From Clostridia bacterium (GTDB taxonomy: Bacteria > Bacillota > Clostridia > CAKSNL01 > HGM11501), in assembly GCA_045545475.1 (NCBI GenBank), contig JAZQAZ010000018.1, positions 1-64,000 on the forward strand: 64,000 bases of DNA, given 5' to 3'. The position numbers and the translations under genes were made by a program. Below, in pieces: positions 49,901 to 59,070 of the stretch; within the stretch, counting starts at the first letter, position 1; every line of letters begins with the position of its first letter. The notes under the pieces were generated by a model. It had not been told where the DNA came from. It did not search any database and saw only the letters and a list, made by a program, of their open reading frames with translations.

Positions 49901-52141
49901 GATTCCATGGCGGAGCTTGGTCAGGTATACGTTTCCGAGGATGGAGAAACCTGGTATGCCCTTGCGGGAAGTGAGCATTATGAGGATAAGGCTTTATGGG
50001 ACTATGAAATAACCTATAAAAAGGGCGAGGATGGAAAGGCTTACTGGACGGATAATTACGGCAATGAAATGCTTACATCTGCCGCAAAGGCGTGGCCTGC
50101 AAAGGAAAAGTACCCCTTAAATCCCTATACGGAGGATGATGAATATACCTTCTCGGGAATTCTTTTCAAATGCCAGGAAGGCACTGTTATGGGTGATTCC
50201 ACCAACGGAAGCTTTGCATCAAAGGCATCCTTCGGCTATGTAGACTATTATAAGAACGGAAGCATAGTTGACGGAATGGTGGAGGATGTAAATTCCTATG
50301 TTGAAAATCCCACAATGGCAAACGGCTTTGACCTTCTCTGGGCGGTTGATGCTGAGGGAAACCCCGTGGATGTAAGTGATAAGGAATTCCATTATGTAAA
50401 GGTTGCAACTGCATCAAACATATGGGCGGGAAGCTTTTTTGAAAAATCCACTGAGGTAAGCAGCATAATTAGGACAACTCCTAAAGAAAACGAAGTTGGT
50501 AAAACCGAGGCCCCGGAAAGCATTGTGTTCACCGACGGTATCAGTGAGGTGAAAGTAAATATTTCGGAGGAAAAAAATATTTACGATATTGACCTTGGGG
50601 ATATGAAGTATATTTCCGTGAAGCTTAACGGTGCCAAGGAAGATGACAACATTTATATAAATAATCAGAGAATTGAAAGTGACGGAGCCGGAGAAGGCTT
50701 TAAGGTAACAAAGAAAAAAGAAACCCTTGTAAGATTAATTGTACAGAATGGAGACAGGGAGCCTTATCTTGCTCTTTTCCGTCTTTCGGGAACTGCAAAA
50801 GAAACTGACGAGCTTATTGAAGGCGTAAAGATAAATGTAGGAGGAGACATAAGAGAAGCTTGGACAAAGAATAAAAAGACCTATTCTGCTGAAGTGGGAA
50901 GCAAAATCGACAGCGTGAAAATTTTCCCTGTTGTAAAAAGCGGTGTTTCCGTTTTAATAAACGGACAGGAGCTTCTTTCCGAGTATGAACTTTCTTACGG
51001 TAAAAATTCCTTTGAAATAAATGTGGCGGATAAAGATGAAGAAAAAACAGTTACGCTGAATATAACAAGGAATAAAGAAACGGTTTCATCAGACAGTGAA
51101 ATTTCCGTAAGTTTCACCCTTTACGGAGATGATTTTCACGATGAAGATACCGTGCATACATTTAAAAACGATAAAAAGGATTTGCCGGTATGGATTACGA
51201 AAACAACATACAAGGTTGAAAAAGGTTCAACGGTTCTTGATGTATTTGAAATGGCTCTTTCGGATGCGGACATCACCTTTACAAATGCCGATGGGAATTA
51301 TATCTCCGAGATAAACGGACTTTCGGAGTTTGATAATGGTGCATTGTCAGGCTGGATGTACACCGTCAATGGAAAATATTCAAATCTTGGCTTATCGGAG
51401 CAAAAAGTGAAAAACGGAGATAAAATAGTGTTCCATTATACCGATGACTATACAAAAGAGAGCAGATCAGGTTCTTCGCAATCGGTGTCTTCGTCAGTGA
51501 AAGATGATGAAAAAGACGAAGAAAAGGAAGATGAAGAAAAGGAAGAAACAAAGCCCTCTGAAGAAAAGAAAGAAAATAAGAAGGAGTTTACGGACAGCAC
51601 TTTCAAGGATGTGAAAAAGGATAGTTGGTACTACGGAGCGGTAGAGTATTGCTATGAAAATACACTCATGGAAGGAACCGGGGAAAACTTTGAACCCGAT
51701 GCCCCGATGACAAGAGCTATGCTTGTAACAGTGCTTTTCAGATTATCGGGAGAAGAAGCGGGAAAAGAGAATCCTTTTGTCGATGTAGTTGATGGATTGT
51801 GGTATTCTGATGCGGTAATGTGGGCAAGTGAAAACGGTATTGTAACGGGAGTTACGGAAAAGAAATTTGCACCCGATGAGAATATAACAAGAGAGCAGGC
51901 AGTGACAGTTATTATAAGATACTTAGAGCATATAGACAAAGGCGTGGCAAAAAAAGCCGAACTTTCAGGATATACCGATGCTGAGGAAATAAGTCCATGG
52001 GCACTTGACGCTTTTTCTCTTGCCGTGGAAGGCGGAATAATTACCGGAACAGAGGATAAAAAGCTTTCGCCTAAAGAGGGTGCGACCAGGGCAGAAATAG
52101 CGACGATTATAATGAGGGTGTATGAAACTATTCTGAAATAA
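46988..52141 (+). CDS. Large SLH-anchored surface protein, probable cobalamin-binding (Ig-like, cadherin-like and DUF4430 domains)
   Basis: Signal peptide; Big_2-like (IATVSENGVVTAVGVG); SLGNFGGYITYYF domain; DUF4430-like (LSEFDNGALSGWMYTVNG); three C-terminal SLH repeats; first gene after the riboswitch. Confidence 0.8.
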   Translation: MKIKKALCLLLSLVMIFGMAPSAIISAEENETTDEIKVYMTVVNKGVIASDNEGDIMANRELTVSDIDEDGKFTFHEALIAAHKEYNSEDGYDAGSGNGVSVVKLWGIDSYNNLFFINDVGIPDGVGINEVKDGNFLTTSICQDSKYYCDRYTFFDKKEVTAIENEEFTLNLKGFWGMASEGDDLLPKPFEGLAICTWEDGELKEIEGKATDEDGNVNLSFSEAGTYYVTAKGTVKAMVTDWWTMKEVEADCPIIAPLCIVTVEEIAPPESIKIEHDAKNVIDGVIIAKKGDKFNLLAFDENGEETPVTWKNESYGNTVTIDEVTGEVEVTGDIYGGTSYLYFEATSTIDETVKKEVTVLMTGFILSQYQKEQTVTLSEDGQTAKTASLNAGKKGHNIWNYNIPDGVAELTADPGNGGEIKFNVYRPGVIEVGFALDINEELSDSGIIKVEGVAVETLNGERGKVYLEIGNEEDAPTTELTAYVAEGREVSSWISLDEDIATVSENGVVTAVGVGSVIIQAVDNEGAKGGIKVVVESREIPYFESIEFQTSYLASGSWVKGETFNPTVTEYDLTVSRYSLSNLVFLKDTLYDDVKYSAKALYEDVYGEEKEVYIHSGAATTLSDIPFGTSAVTVTLYEKENEKNKTVYTFNVTRPRDKTKALKTVTVNPEGRTLSNTLYEGYKEGTMLRCDEEGTLTSVTGIYGSHYYYRTYVYGETDFTLSFAASTAYAHIRYSVDGEEWTELDSLLKSEKLSFDEDGVIELYIEIADDDSYTSDKEAEGDGFSEGNTVSYKLTLMNVSAEAPKMLTAEAEGDWYPAFSPDFYTYRIMTESDAKAPVLTFTAEEGAIVKDEKEIIEPDENGIYSVTLKNTQKSITLSDSEEKCVNTYKFQYTRKSSSAVPDKVVEAVYIGGQYSGSYDVYPELTLTGSMRSLGNFGGYITYYFEEALKDNPNNMYGMEFYIFGNSMEMNIDSMAELGQVYVSEDGETWYALAGSEHYEDKALWDYEITYKKGEDGKAYWTDNYGNEMLTSAAKAWPAKEKYPLNPYTEDDEYTFSGILFKCQEGTVMGDSTNGSFASKASFGYVDYYKNGSIVDGMVEDVNSYVENPTMANGFDLLWAVDAEGNPVDVSDKEFHYVKVATASNIWAGSFFEKSTEVSSIIRTTPKENEVGKTEAPESIVFTDGISEVKVNISEEKNIYDIDLGDMKYISVKLNGAKEDDNIYINNQRIESDGAGEGFKVTKKKETLVRLIVQNGDREPYLALFRLSGTAKETDELIEGVKINVGGDIREAWTKNKKTYSAEVGSKIDSVKIFPVVKSGVSVLINGQELLSEYELSYGKNSFEINVADKDEEKTVTLNITRNKETVSSDSEISVSFTLYGDDFHDEDTVHTFKNDKKDLPVWITKTTYKVEKGSTVLDVFEMALSDADITFTNADGNYISEINGLSEFDNGALSGWMYTVNGKYSNLGLSEQKVKNGDKIVFHYTDDYTKESRSGSSQSVSSSVKDDEKDEEKEDEEKEETKPSEEKKENKKEFTDSTFKDVKKDSWYYGAVEYCYENTLMEGTGENFEPDAPMTRAMLVTVLFRLSGEEAGKENPFVDVVDGLWYSDAVMWASENGIVTGVTEKKFAPDENITREQAVTVIIRYLEHIDKGVAKKAELSGYTDAEEISPWALDAFSLAVEGGIITGTEDKKLSPKEGATRAEIATIIMRVYETILK

Positions 52142-52150
52142 GGTGAAAAA

Positions 52151-53209
52151 GTGAAAAAAACGATAGCTTTTATATTGATTATAATAATGAGCTTTCAGGC
52201 TACAAGTGTATTTTCTGAAGACACGGAAATAAACAGTGTGCTCTATAAATGTTCTGAATATATTCTTAATACTGTAAAAAATCCCACTTGTTCCTCGGTG
52301 GGAGGGGAATGGACTGTCTTAGGTCTTGCGAGAAGCGGTATCAAAATATCCGATGGATATTTTGATACCTATTACTCAAATCTCTGTGATTATTTAAATT
52401 CATGTGGCGGCGTAATGCACAGGGTTAAATATACAGAATATTCAAGGGCGATAATCGCTGTTACGGCAATTGGCAAAAATCCCTCGGATGTTTCGGGATA
52501 CAATCTTCTTTTGCCGCTTTCTGATTTTGATAAAACGGTAAAGCAGGGAATAAACGGCCCTATATGGGCATTGATAGCACTGGATTCGGGAAATTATGCG
52601 ATTGATGAAAATGTAAACGCTGTAAATCCCGCAACAAGAGAAAAATATGTTGACTATATACTTTCTAAGCAAACCTCCGAAGGAACATGGTCTTTATCCG
52701 GGGAAGGGACGGATCCGGATATTACGGCAATGGCACTTGTGGCTTTGTCAAAATATAAAGAGCGACAGGACGTTAAAGATGCTTTGACAAAAGCAATAAC
52801 TAAGATGTCAGAATTACAGACTTCATCCGGAGGATATATTACTGAAGGAACAGAAAGCTCAGAGAGTTCTGCCCAAATGCTGGTAGCACTTTCTGAGCTT
52901 GGAATAAGCTATACGGATTCCCGGTTTACAAAAAACGGCAACAATCTTCTTACAAATCTTTTGTCTTTTATGTTGCCGGAAGGAAGCTTTTGCCATACAA
53001 AGGCGAAAAAAGAGGCAAATCTTATGGCGACAGAGCAAGCATTTTACGCTGTTGTTTCAGTAAATCGGACGACAAAAGGAGAAAATACGCTTTATAATAT
53101 GTCGGATATTGCAAAAAAAGATAATTTGAGCTATAATGAATCATACATATCGGTTGTTATAGAGAAATTAAAGCTGATTACAGAAGCACTGGATAGGGCA
53201 AAGGGGTAA
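52151..53209 (+). CDS. Secreted alpha/alpha-barrel (prenyltransferase/squalene-oxidase repeat) protein
   Basis: GGEWTVLGLARSG, QGINGPIWALIALDS, DPDITAMALVAL, NLMATEQAFYA. Confidence 0.8.
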   Translation: MKKTIAFILIIIMSFQATSVFSEDTEINSVLYKCSEYILNTVKNPTCSSVGGEWTVLGLARSGIKISDGYFDTYYSNLCDYLNSCGGVMHRVKYTEYSRAIIAVTAIGKNPSDVSGYNLLLPLSDFDKTVKQGINGPIWALIALDSGNYAIDENVNAVNPATREKYVDYILSKQTSEGTWSLSGEGTDPDITAMALVALSKYKERQDVKDALTKAITKMSELQTSSGGYITEGTESSESSAQMLVALSELGISYTDSRFTKNGNNLLTNLLSFMLPEGSFCHTKAKKEANLMATEQAFYAVVSVNRTTKGENTLYNMSDIAKKDNLSYNESYISVVIEKLKLITEALDRAKG

Positions 53210-53212
53210 GGT

Positions 53213-53968
53213 ATGAAAAAAATAAAAGTTACTATATTATTGCTTTTTGTAATAGCACTGCTTACGTTTACTTTCTGGTGGGGCGGAAACGCTCCCGGAC
53301 TAAGAGGAGTAAATTTTGAAAAGAAAAATACCGAAAATGAAGTTACAGATACGATAAAAAGTACTGAAAGTGTTGAGCTGACAAAAGAAAGTGAAAAAGA
53401 GCCTGAAAAAGAGCCTGAAAAAGACGAAGAAGTAACAATCCTTCCGGAAGTCGAATCTGCTGAGGAAAAAGAAGAAGTTGTTTTACAATCGGAAGAAACA
53501 GAAACTTTGGAGGATTGCATCGTTGATACTGTTTCGGAAACGGTGGAAGAATCAAAAGAAAAGGAAATGTTTTGCACAATTTCGGTAAGGTGTGATACTG
53601 TGTTTGAAAACGAAAATCTTTTGGATGATTTCCTTCTCGGATGTTTACCTTCTGACGGAATTATTCTTGGCACACAGCAGGTATGCTTTACAGCAGGCGA
53701 CAGTGTTTTTGATATACTTGAAAGAACCTTGAAAGAAAAAAACATCCATATGGAATTTACGGCTACGCCCATGTATGAAAGTGTTTATATAGAGGGAATA
53801 GCAAACCTTTATGAATTTGATTGCGGGGAACTTTCGGGCTGGATGTATAAGGTGAACGGAAGCTTTCCGGATTACGGCTCGTCACTTTACGAGGTAAAAG
53901 AAGGCGATGTAATAGAATGGGTTTATACCTGCGACAGAGGAAAAGACGTGGGAGATACTGTAAATTAA
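53213..53968 (+). CDS. Membrane-anchored DUF4430 (transcobalamin C-terminal-like) protein
   Basis: N-terminal TM, acidic linker, YIEGIANLYEFDCGELSGWMYKVNG..GDVIEWVYTCDRG. Confidence 0.85.
   Translation: MKKIKVTILLLFVIALLTFTFWWGGNAPGLRGVNFEKKNTENEVTDTIKSTESVELTKESEKEPEKEPEKDEEVTILPEVESAEEKEEVVLQSEETETLEDCIVDTVSETVEESKEKEMFCTISVRCDTVFENENLLDDFLLGCLPSDGIILGTQQVCFTAGDSVFDILERTLKEKNIHMEFTATPMYESVYIEGIANLYEFDCGELSGWMYKVNGSFPDYGSSLYEVKEGDVIEWVYTCDRGKDVGDTVN
53392..53424 (+). repeat. 12-bp tandem repeat TGAAAAAGAGCC (about 2.75 copies, encodes EKEP)
   Basis: Read directly in the acidic linker. Confidence 0.7.
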
Positions 53969-53986
53969 ACGAAAGAAGGGATTAAT

Positions 53987-54868
53987 GTGAACGAATTTAA
54001 GAGATTTCATCCTTTGGTAAATATGGTTTACTTCGTTTTTGCCATAGGCTTTTCGTGCGTGCTTTTAAATCCCTTTTGCCTGATATTCTCTTTAATCGGA
54101 AGTATCGCATTTATGCTTATGTGTGACAGCAAAGGCAAAAAGCAAATAGTTTATTTTGTGCCGGTGTTCATATTTGCCGCACTTTTTAATCCGCTTTTCA
54201 ATCACAGAGGACTTACGATAATAACATATTTCCCGGGCGGAAATCCTTTGACGGAAGAATCCATCGTCTACGGCCTCGCATCAGGTGCCATGCTTGTTGC
54301 GGTAATTGCATGGTTTTCCTGTTTTAACATGGTAATGACCAGCGATAAATTTATCTATCTTTTTGGAAAAGTTGCCCCATCGCTTTCGCTGATTTTATCA
54401 ATGACGTTAAGATTTGTCCCGAGGTTTATCTCGGAACTTAAAAAAGTGGCTGTTGCACAAAAAGGAATCGGAAACGGCATAGGAAACGGGAATATAAAGG
54501 ACAGAATTAAAAACGGATTATCAGTGCTTTCGGTAACGGTTACATGGGCACTTGAAAACGCTGTGGAAACATCTGACAGCATGAAGGCAAGGGGCTATGG
54601 TCTACCGGGCAGAAGTGCATTTTCTCTATTCAAATTTACGAAAAAGGACGCATTAGCTTTAATGTCCGTATTGTTTTTCGGTATATATTCGCTTGTGGGA
54701 GGATTCCTCGGGAAAATAAGCTTTGAATATTTTCCGACATATAAAATGGCACCACTTACAACATACAGCATAAGCGTTTATGCATCATATTTGATTTTTA
54801 TGTTGCTGCCTGCAATTATTGAACTTACGGAGGTGATAAAATGGAATGCTTTAAAATCGAAAATCTGA
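53987..54868 (+). CDS. ECF transporter transmembrane component T
   Basis: MTLRFVP, SMKARGY motif, TM helices; GTG start. Confidence 0.9.
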   Translation: MNEFKRFHPLVNMVYFVFAIGFSCVLLNPFCLIFSLIGSIAFMLMCDSKGKKQIVYFVPVFIFAALFNPLFNHRGLTIITYFPGGNPLTEESIVYGLASGAMLVAVIAWFSCFNMVMTSDKFIYLFGKVAPSLSLILSMTLRFVPRFISELKKVAVAQKGIGNGIGNGNIKDRIKNGLSVLSVTVTWALENAVETSDSMKARGYGLPGRSAFSLFKFTKKDALALMSVLFFGIYSLVGGFLGKISFEYFPTYKMAPLTTYSISVYASYLIFMLLPAIIELTEVIKWNALKSKI

Positions 54869-57462
54869 CATTCGGTTATCCGGACTGCAAAAAAGCTGCA
54901 CTTGAAGAAATAAGTTTTACAGTCAAAAAAGGAGAATTTATAACCTTAATCGGTAAATCGGGATGCGGCAAGACCACACTTTTAAGACTGTTAAAGCCTT
55001 CCGTTTCGCCTTTTGGAGAAGAATCCGGAAATATATTTTTTATGGGCGAAAATATAAAAACGCTGGAAAAGGAAAAAGAGGCGGCAAAAATCGGCTTCGT
55101 AATGCAAAGTCCCGACAATCAGATAGTAACAGATAAGGTGTGGCATGAACTTGCTTTTGGTCTTGAAAGCCTTGGAATGAAAAGGGAAGAAATAAGGCTG
55201 CGTGTTGCGGAAATGGCATCTTTCTTCGGAATTCAGAATTGGTTCCATAAGAATGTTTCTGAATTATCCGGCGGACAAAAACAGATACTTAATCTTGCGT
55301 CGGTTATGGTTATGCAACCGGAATGTCTTATTCTGGACGAGCCCACAAGCCAGCTTGATCCCATAGCGGCATCGGAATTTTTAAAAACGCTGGAAAAAAT
55401 AAATAAAGAGCTTGGAACAACCGTAATTTTGTCGGAGCATCGTCTTGAAGAAGCGATAGCTTTGTCTGACAGAATCATCGTTTTAGATAACGGAAAACTG
55501 ATGGCAGACGGAACGGCAGACTGTATTTGCGGTGTACTGAAAGAAAAAAAGCACGGCATGTATCTTTCGCTTCCCACACCTGCGAAAATAGCCACGGCAC
55601 TTTCGGAGAAGGTCGAAAACATTCCGCTTAATATAAGGGACGGGGTTTCCTGGCTTAGTGAATATTCTGAAAATCATCCTTACGATGACTCGGTTACAGG
55701 AACGGATAAAAAGCGGGAAATAACCGATGTCTCCATAGAATTAAAGGATGTATATTTCAGGTATAAAAGAGAGCTTCCGGATGTGCTTTCGGCACTTTCA
55801 CTTAAAGTATACAAAGGAGAAATATATTCTATTCTTGGCGGTAACGGAACAGGAAAAACTACAACCATGTCTGTTATGGGAGGAATATTAAAGCCTTACA
55901 GCGGCAAAGTTCTGATTGACGGAAAAGAAATAGAAAAAACTGAAAATTTATATGGAAAAATCGGATTTCTGACACAAAACCCCGAACTGCTTTTCACGGA
56001 AAAAACAGTTATGGAAGATTTATTGGCGGCGGTAAAAGGGGAAGATGCGGAAAATATTGTTATTGACATGGCAAGACTCTTGAAAATTGACGGTCTTCTT
56101 AGGATGCACCCTTATGATTTATCCGGAGGCGAAAAGCAAAGGGCGGCACTTTGTAAAATACTTCTTAAAAATCCGTCAATTCTTCTTCTTGATGAACCGA
56201 CAAAGGGAATGGATGGAGAGTTTAAAAAGATTTTTTCGGGTATTCTTTCAAAGCTTAAAAAAATGGGGAAAACCATTGTTATTGTTTCTCACGACATAGA
56301 GTTTTGCGCGGAAAATTCCGATTACTGTACAATGTTTTTTGATGGCGGAATAGTCAGCGGAGATACTCCCGGAAAGTTTTTCTCCGGTAAGAACTTCTAC
56401 ACCACGGAAGCAAATAAAATGGGCAGAGGAATACTTCCGAAGGCTTATCTTACAGAGGAAATAGTAAAGGCTTTCGGAGGAGAAATGCCTGTGATATGCA
56501 ATGATGACACAGATGTTTTCAAAGCTATAAAAAGAGAAAAGGATGTACATGAAAAGAAAAAAATAAAAATCGGTAAGAATATATTTATAGGAAGCTTATT
56601 TGCAATAATTTTTCTTTTGCTTCAGATATTACTGGGAGATTATTTTGTCGGATGGAAAAATCATGCCGTGCAAATACTCTCATTAGTCTTCCTTGCTTTG
56701 TCTCTTTCGGCTTTTTTTCCTCAGAAAGAATTTGATGTTTCTAAAGTAGAAAAGGGAGAAAGAAGCAGAAAAAGTTTAGTGGCCGTGATTATTGTTTCAC
56801 TTATTATTATTCCGCTTACCCTGTGGCTGGGAACAGAGTTTCTTCAAAATAAAAAATATTATTTTACGAGCCTTATAATAATAGCAGAAACGATATTGCC
56901 TTTTCTGTTTTTATTTGAGAAAAGAAAGCCGAAGGCAAGGGAGCTTGTTGTAATAAGTACACTTGCGGCACTTGCTGTAGCGGGAAGGTCGGCGTTTTTT
57001 ATGGTGGCGAGCTTCAAACCTGTGCTGGCACTTATTATAATTACAGGGGTTACTTTGGGTGGAGAAACAGGATTTTTGGTTGGTGCAATAACGGCATTTG
57101 TTTCGAATTTCTTTTTCGGTCAGGGACCGTGGACTCCGTGGCAGATGGCTGCTTTTGCCGTAATAGGTTGCCTTGCCGGAATAATTTTCAGCTCCGGAAT
57201 GATAAAAAGATCGAGGCTTTCGCTATGTATATTCGGAGCGTTTGCGGCACTTTTTATCTACGGAGGAATCATGAATCCGGCTTCCGTTCTTACAATTTCG
57301 GCAGAGACTAGTAAAGATGCGATTCTTTCATCTTTCGTTTTGGGACTTCCGCATGATATAATCCATGCGGCATCTACCTTTATTTTCCTCTGGTTTATCT
57401 CCGGAGCGATGATAGAAAAAATTGAACGTATTAAGAAAAAATACGGTCTTATAAAAATGTAA
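54841..57462 (+). CDS. ECF transporter: tandem ABC ATPases fused to a C-terminal S component
   Basis: Two Walker A motifs (GKSGCGKT, GGNGTGKT), two LSGG and two LDEPT motifs, then TM region with SNFFFGQGPWTPWQM typical of ECF S components. Confidence 0.88.
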   Translation: MECFKIENLTFGYPDCKKAALEEISFTVKKGEFITLIGKSGCGKTTLLRLLKPSVSPFGEESGNIFFMGENIKTLEKEKEAAKIGFVMQSPDNQIVTDKVWHELAFGLESLGMKREEIRLRVAEMASFFGIQNWFHKNVSELSGGQKQILNLASVMVMQPECLILDEPTSQLDPIAASEFLKTLEKINKELGTTVILSEHRLEEAIALSDRIIVLDNGKLMADGTADCICGVLKEKKHGMYLSLPTPAKIATALSEKVENIPLNIRDGVSWLSEYSENHPYDDSVTGTDKKREITDVSIELKDVYFRYKRELPDVLSALSLKVYKGEIYSILGGNGTGKTTTMSVMGGILKPYSGKVLIDGKEIEKTENLYGKIGFLTQNPELLFTEKTVMEDLLAAVKGEDAENIVIDMARLLKIDGLLRMHPYDLSGGEKQRAALCKILLKNPSILLLDEPTKGMDGEFKKIFSGILSKLKKMGKTIVIVSHDIEFCAENSDYCTMFFDGGIVSGDTPGKFFSGKNFYTTEANKMGRGILPKAYLTEEIVKAFGGEMPVICNDDTDVFKAIKREKDVHEKKKIKIGKNIFIGSLFAIIFLLLQILLGDYFVGWKNHAVQILSLVFLALSLSAFFPQKEFDVSKVEKGERSRKSLVAVIIVSLIIIPLTLWLGTEFLQNKKYYFTSLIIIAETILPFLFLFEKRKPKARELVVISTLAALAVAGRSAFFMVASFKPVLALIIITGVTLGGETGFLVGAITAFVSNFFFGQGPWTPWQMAAFAVIGCLAGIIFSSGMIKRSRLSLCIFGAFAALFIYGGIMNPASVLTISAETSKDAILSSFVLGLPHDIIHAASTFIFLWFISGAMIEKIERIKKKYGLIKM

Positions 57463-57520
57463 ATTTAATTGAAATAGTATGCCTTTTTTGGGGAATAATA
57501 AATAAAAAAGGAGGCATATT

Positions 57521-57643
57521 ATGAAGATAGAAAGATACGTCGGAGGAAAGAAATTAACCTTTGATCAGATTAAAAAATACACCATTAAAAACAAAGCCGT
57601 AGACATGGCTGTTGAACGTGTTATAAGACGTGAGGGCAGATGA
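57521..57643 (+). CDS. Unannotated 40-aa basic protein translationally coupled to the recombinase
   Basis: AGGAGG RBS at 57509-57514; MKIERYVGGKKLTFDQIKKYTIKNKAVDMAVERVIRREGR*; ATGA overlap with the next ORF. Confidence 0.7.
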   Translation: MKIERYVGGKKLTFDQIKKYTIKNKAVDMAVERVIRREGR

Positions 57644-58989
57644 AAAAAGCGGCGTTATATATCCGTGTTTCAACGGATGCTCAAAGAGAGGAAGGCTATT
57701 CCATCGAAGCACAGAAGGAAATGCTTTCCGCTTTTTGCGTTACAAAGAAAATTGAAAATTATGAGTTTTTCATAGACGGAGGATATTCGGGAAGCAACTT
57801 GGAGCGTCCGGAAATGCAAAGACTCATAAAAGAGGTTTTTGAAAATAAAATAAGTGCGGTTATAGTTTATAAACTTGACCGACTTTCCCGTAGTCAAAAG
57901 GACACATTGTATTTGATAGAAGAAGTTTTAAACCCCAAGGGTGTTGATTTTATATCCATGAATGAAAGCATGGATACATCAACACCCTTGGGGCGTTTGA
58001 TGCTTGGAATACTATCTGCCTTTGCACAGCTTGAAAGGGAAAATATAAAAGAGAGAACCAGGATGGGGATGAAGGAGAGAGTAAAGGATGGCTACTGGCC
58101 CGGAGGAGGCAGAGTTCCGTTTGGCTATGATTATGACAGCGAAAAGGGGATTTTGGTCCCCAATGAAGATGCAAAAACCGTAAAACTTATATACAGCCTT
58201 TATTTAGATGGTTATCCCATGTATAAGGTGGCTAAAATGGCGGGACTAAAATATGAGCGTCTTGCTGTTCAGATACTTAAAAGAAAGTCCAATGCCGGAT
58301 ATATAATCTATAACGGTGAGGAATATAAAGGTCGTCACGAGCCTTTAATAAGTGAGGAAATTTACAACGCCGCAATGAAAATGATGGAGGAGCGAAGCAC
58401 GAAAAAATTTACCGATTCGGAATATCTTTTATCGGGAATGGTTTACTGCGGAGTGTGCGGGGCAAAAATGCGTTATCAGAAATGGGGAAAGCGTGGATGC
58501 AAACTCTGTTGCTATTCTCTGGAAAAGAACAAGCCTTATCTTGTGAAGGATGAAAATTGCACCAATGAAAAGATATGGGCAGATGAGGTGGAAGAGGCGG
58601 TGACAAAAGATTTACTGGGCCTTTCTTTTGAAATAAACTCGGGAGAATTCAATGAGCCGGATATTAAAGGTGTACTCGAATCAAAAAAAGAGCAGTGCGA
58701 AAAAAAGCTCAAAAGGTTATATAAGCTTTATGCTGAGGGTGAGGATGATGCCTTAATTGATTCCATAAATGAAGCTAAAAAGGAGCTTGGCAAAGCGGAA
58801 AAAGCATTAAACGATGAAAGAGCGAAGCTGTCCGAAAAAAAGCACATGAAGGAAAAAAGAAACTCTCTTAAAACACTTCCCGATACATGGCCGTATATGA
58901 CGAATGCGGAAAAACGCAATATAGTAAGAAGCCTGATAGACAAAGTTACGGTTACCGGGGATAATGTGAAAATTGATTATCTTCTATAA
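57640..58989 (+). CDS. Large serine recombinase (resolvase + recombinase + zinc-ribbon domains)
   Basis: YIRVST catalytic Ser, YKLDRLSR, FAQLERE, PFGY, HEPLIS, LLSGMVYCGVCG, coiled coil. Confidence 0.95.
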   Translation: MKKAALYIRVSTDAQREEGYSIEAQKEMLSAFCVTKKIENYEFFIDGGYSGSNLERPEMQRLIKEVFENKISAVIVYKLDRLSRSQKDTLYLIEEVLNPKGVDFISMNESMDTSTPLGRLMLGILSAFAQLERENIKERTRMGMKERVKDGYWPGGGRVPFGYDYDSEKGILVPNEDAKTVKLIYSLYLDGYPMYKVAKMAGLKYERLAVQILKRKSNAGYIIYNGEEYKGRHEPLISEEIYNAAMKMMEERSTKKFTDSEYLLSGMVYCGVCGAKMRYQKWGKRGCKLCCYSLEKNKPYLVKDENCTNEKIWADEVEEAVTKDLLGLSFEINSGEFNEPDIKGVLESKKEQCEKKLKRLYKLYAEGEDDALIDSINEAKKELGKAEKALNDERAKLSEKKHMKEKRNSLKTLPDTWPYMTNAEKRNIVRSLIDKVTVTGDNVKIDYLL

Positions 58990-59000
58990 ATAAAAAAACA

Positions 59001-59029
59001 TAGACAAGTATAGATTTTTATGTTATAAT
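59001..59029 (+). promoter_or_regulatory. SigA-type promoter TAGACA-17-TATAAT
   Basis: Direct motif match with extended TG. Confidence 0.65.
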
Positions 59030-59070
59030 GCATATAATTGGAATAGTTGTATCCAAAAAGGAGTGGTTCT

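Noticed and set aside
51470-51590. Purine-rich GAA/AAA run as a DNA repeat element
   Set aside because: Encodes a low-complexity Glu/Lys/Asp linker before the SLH domains.
57640-58989. Prophage or ICE call based on the recombinase
   Set aside because: No structural, replication, conjugation or repressor genes nearby and no attachment-site repeats identified.
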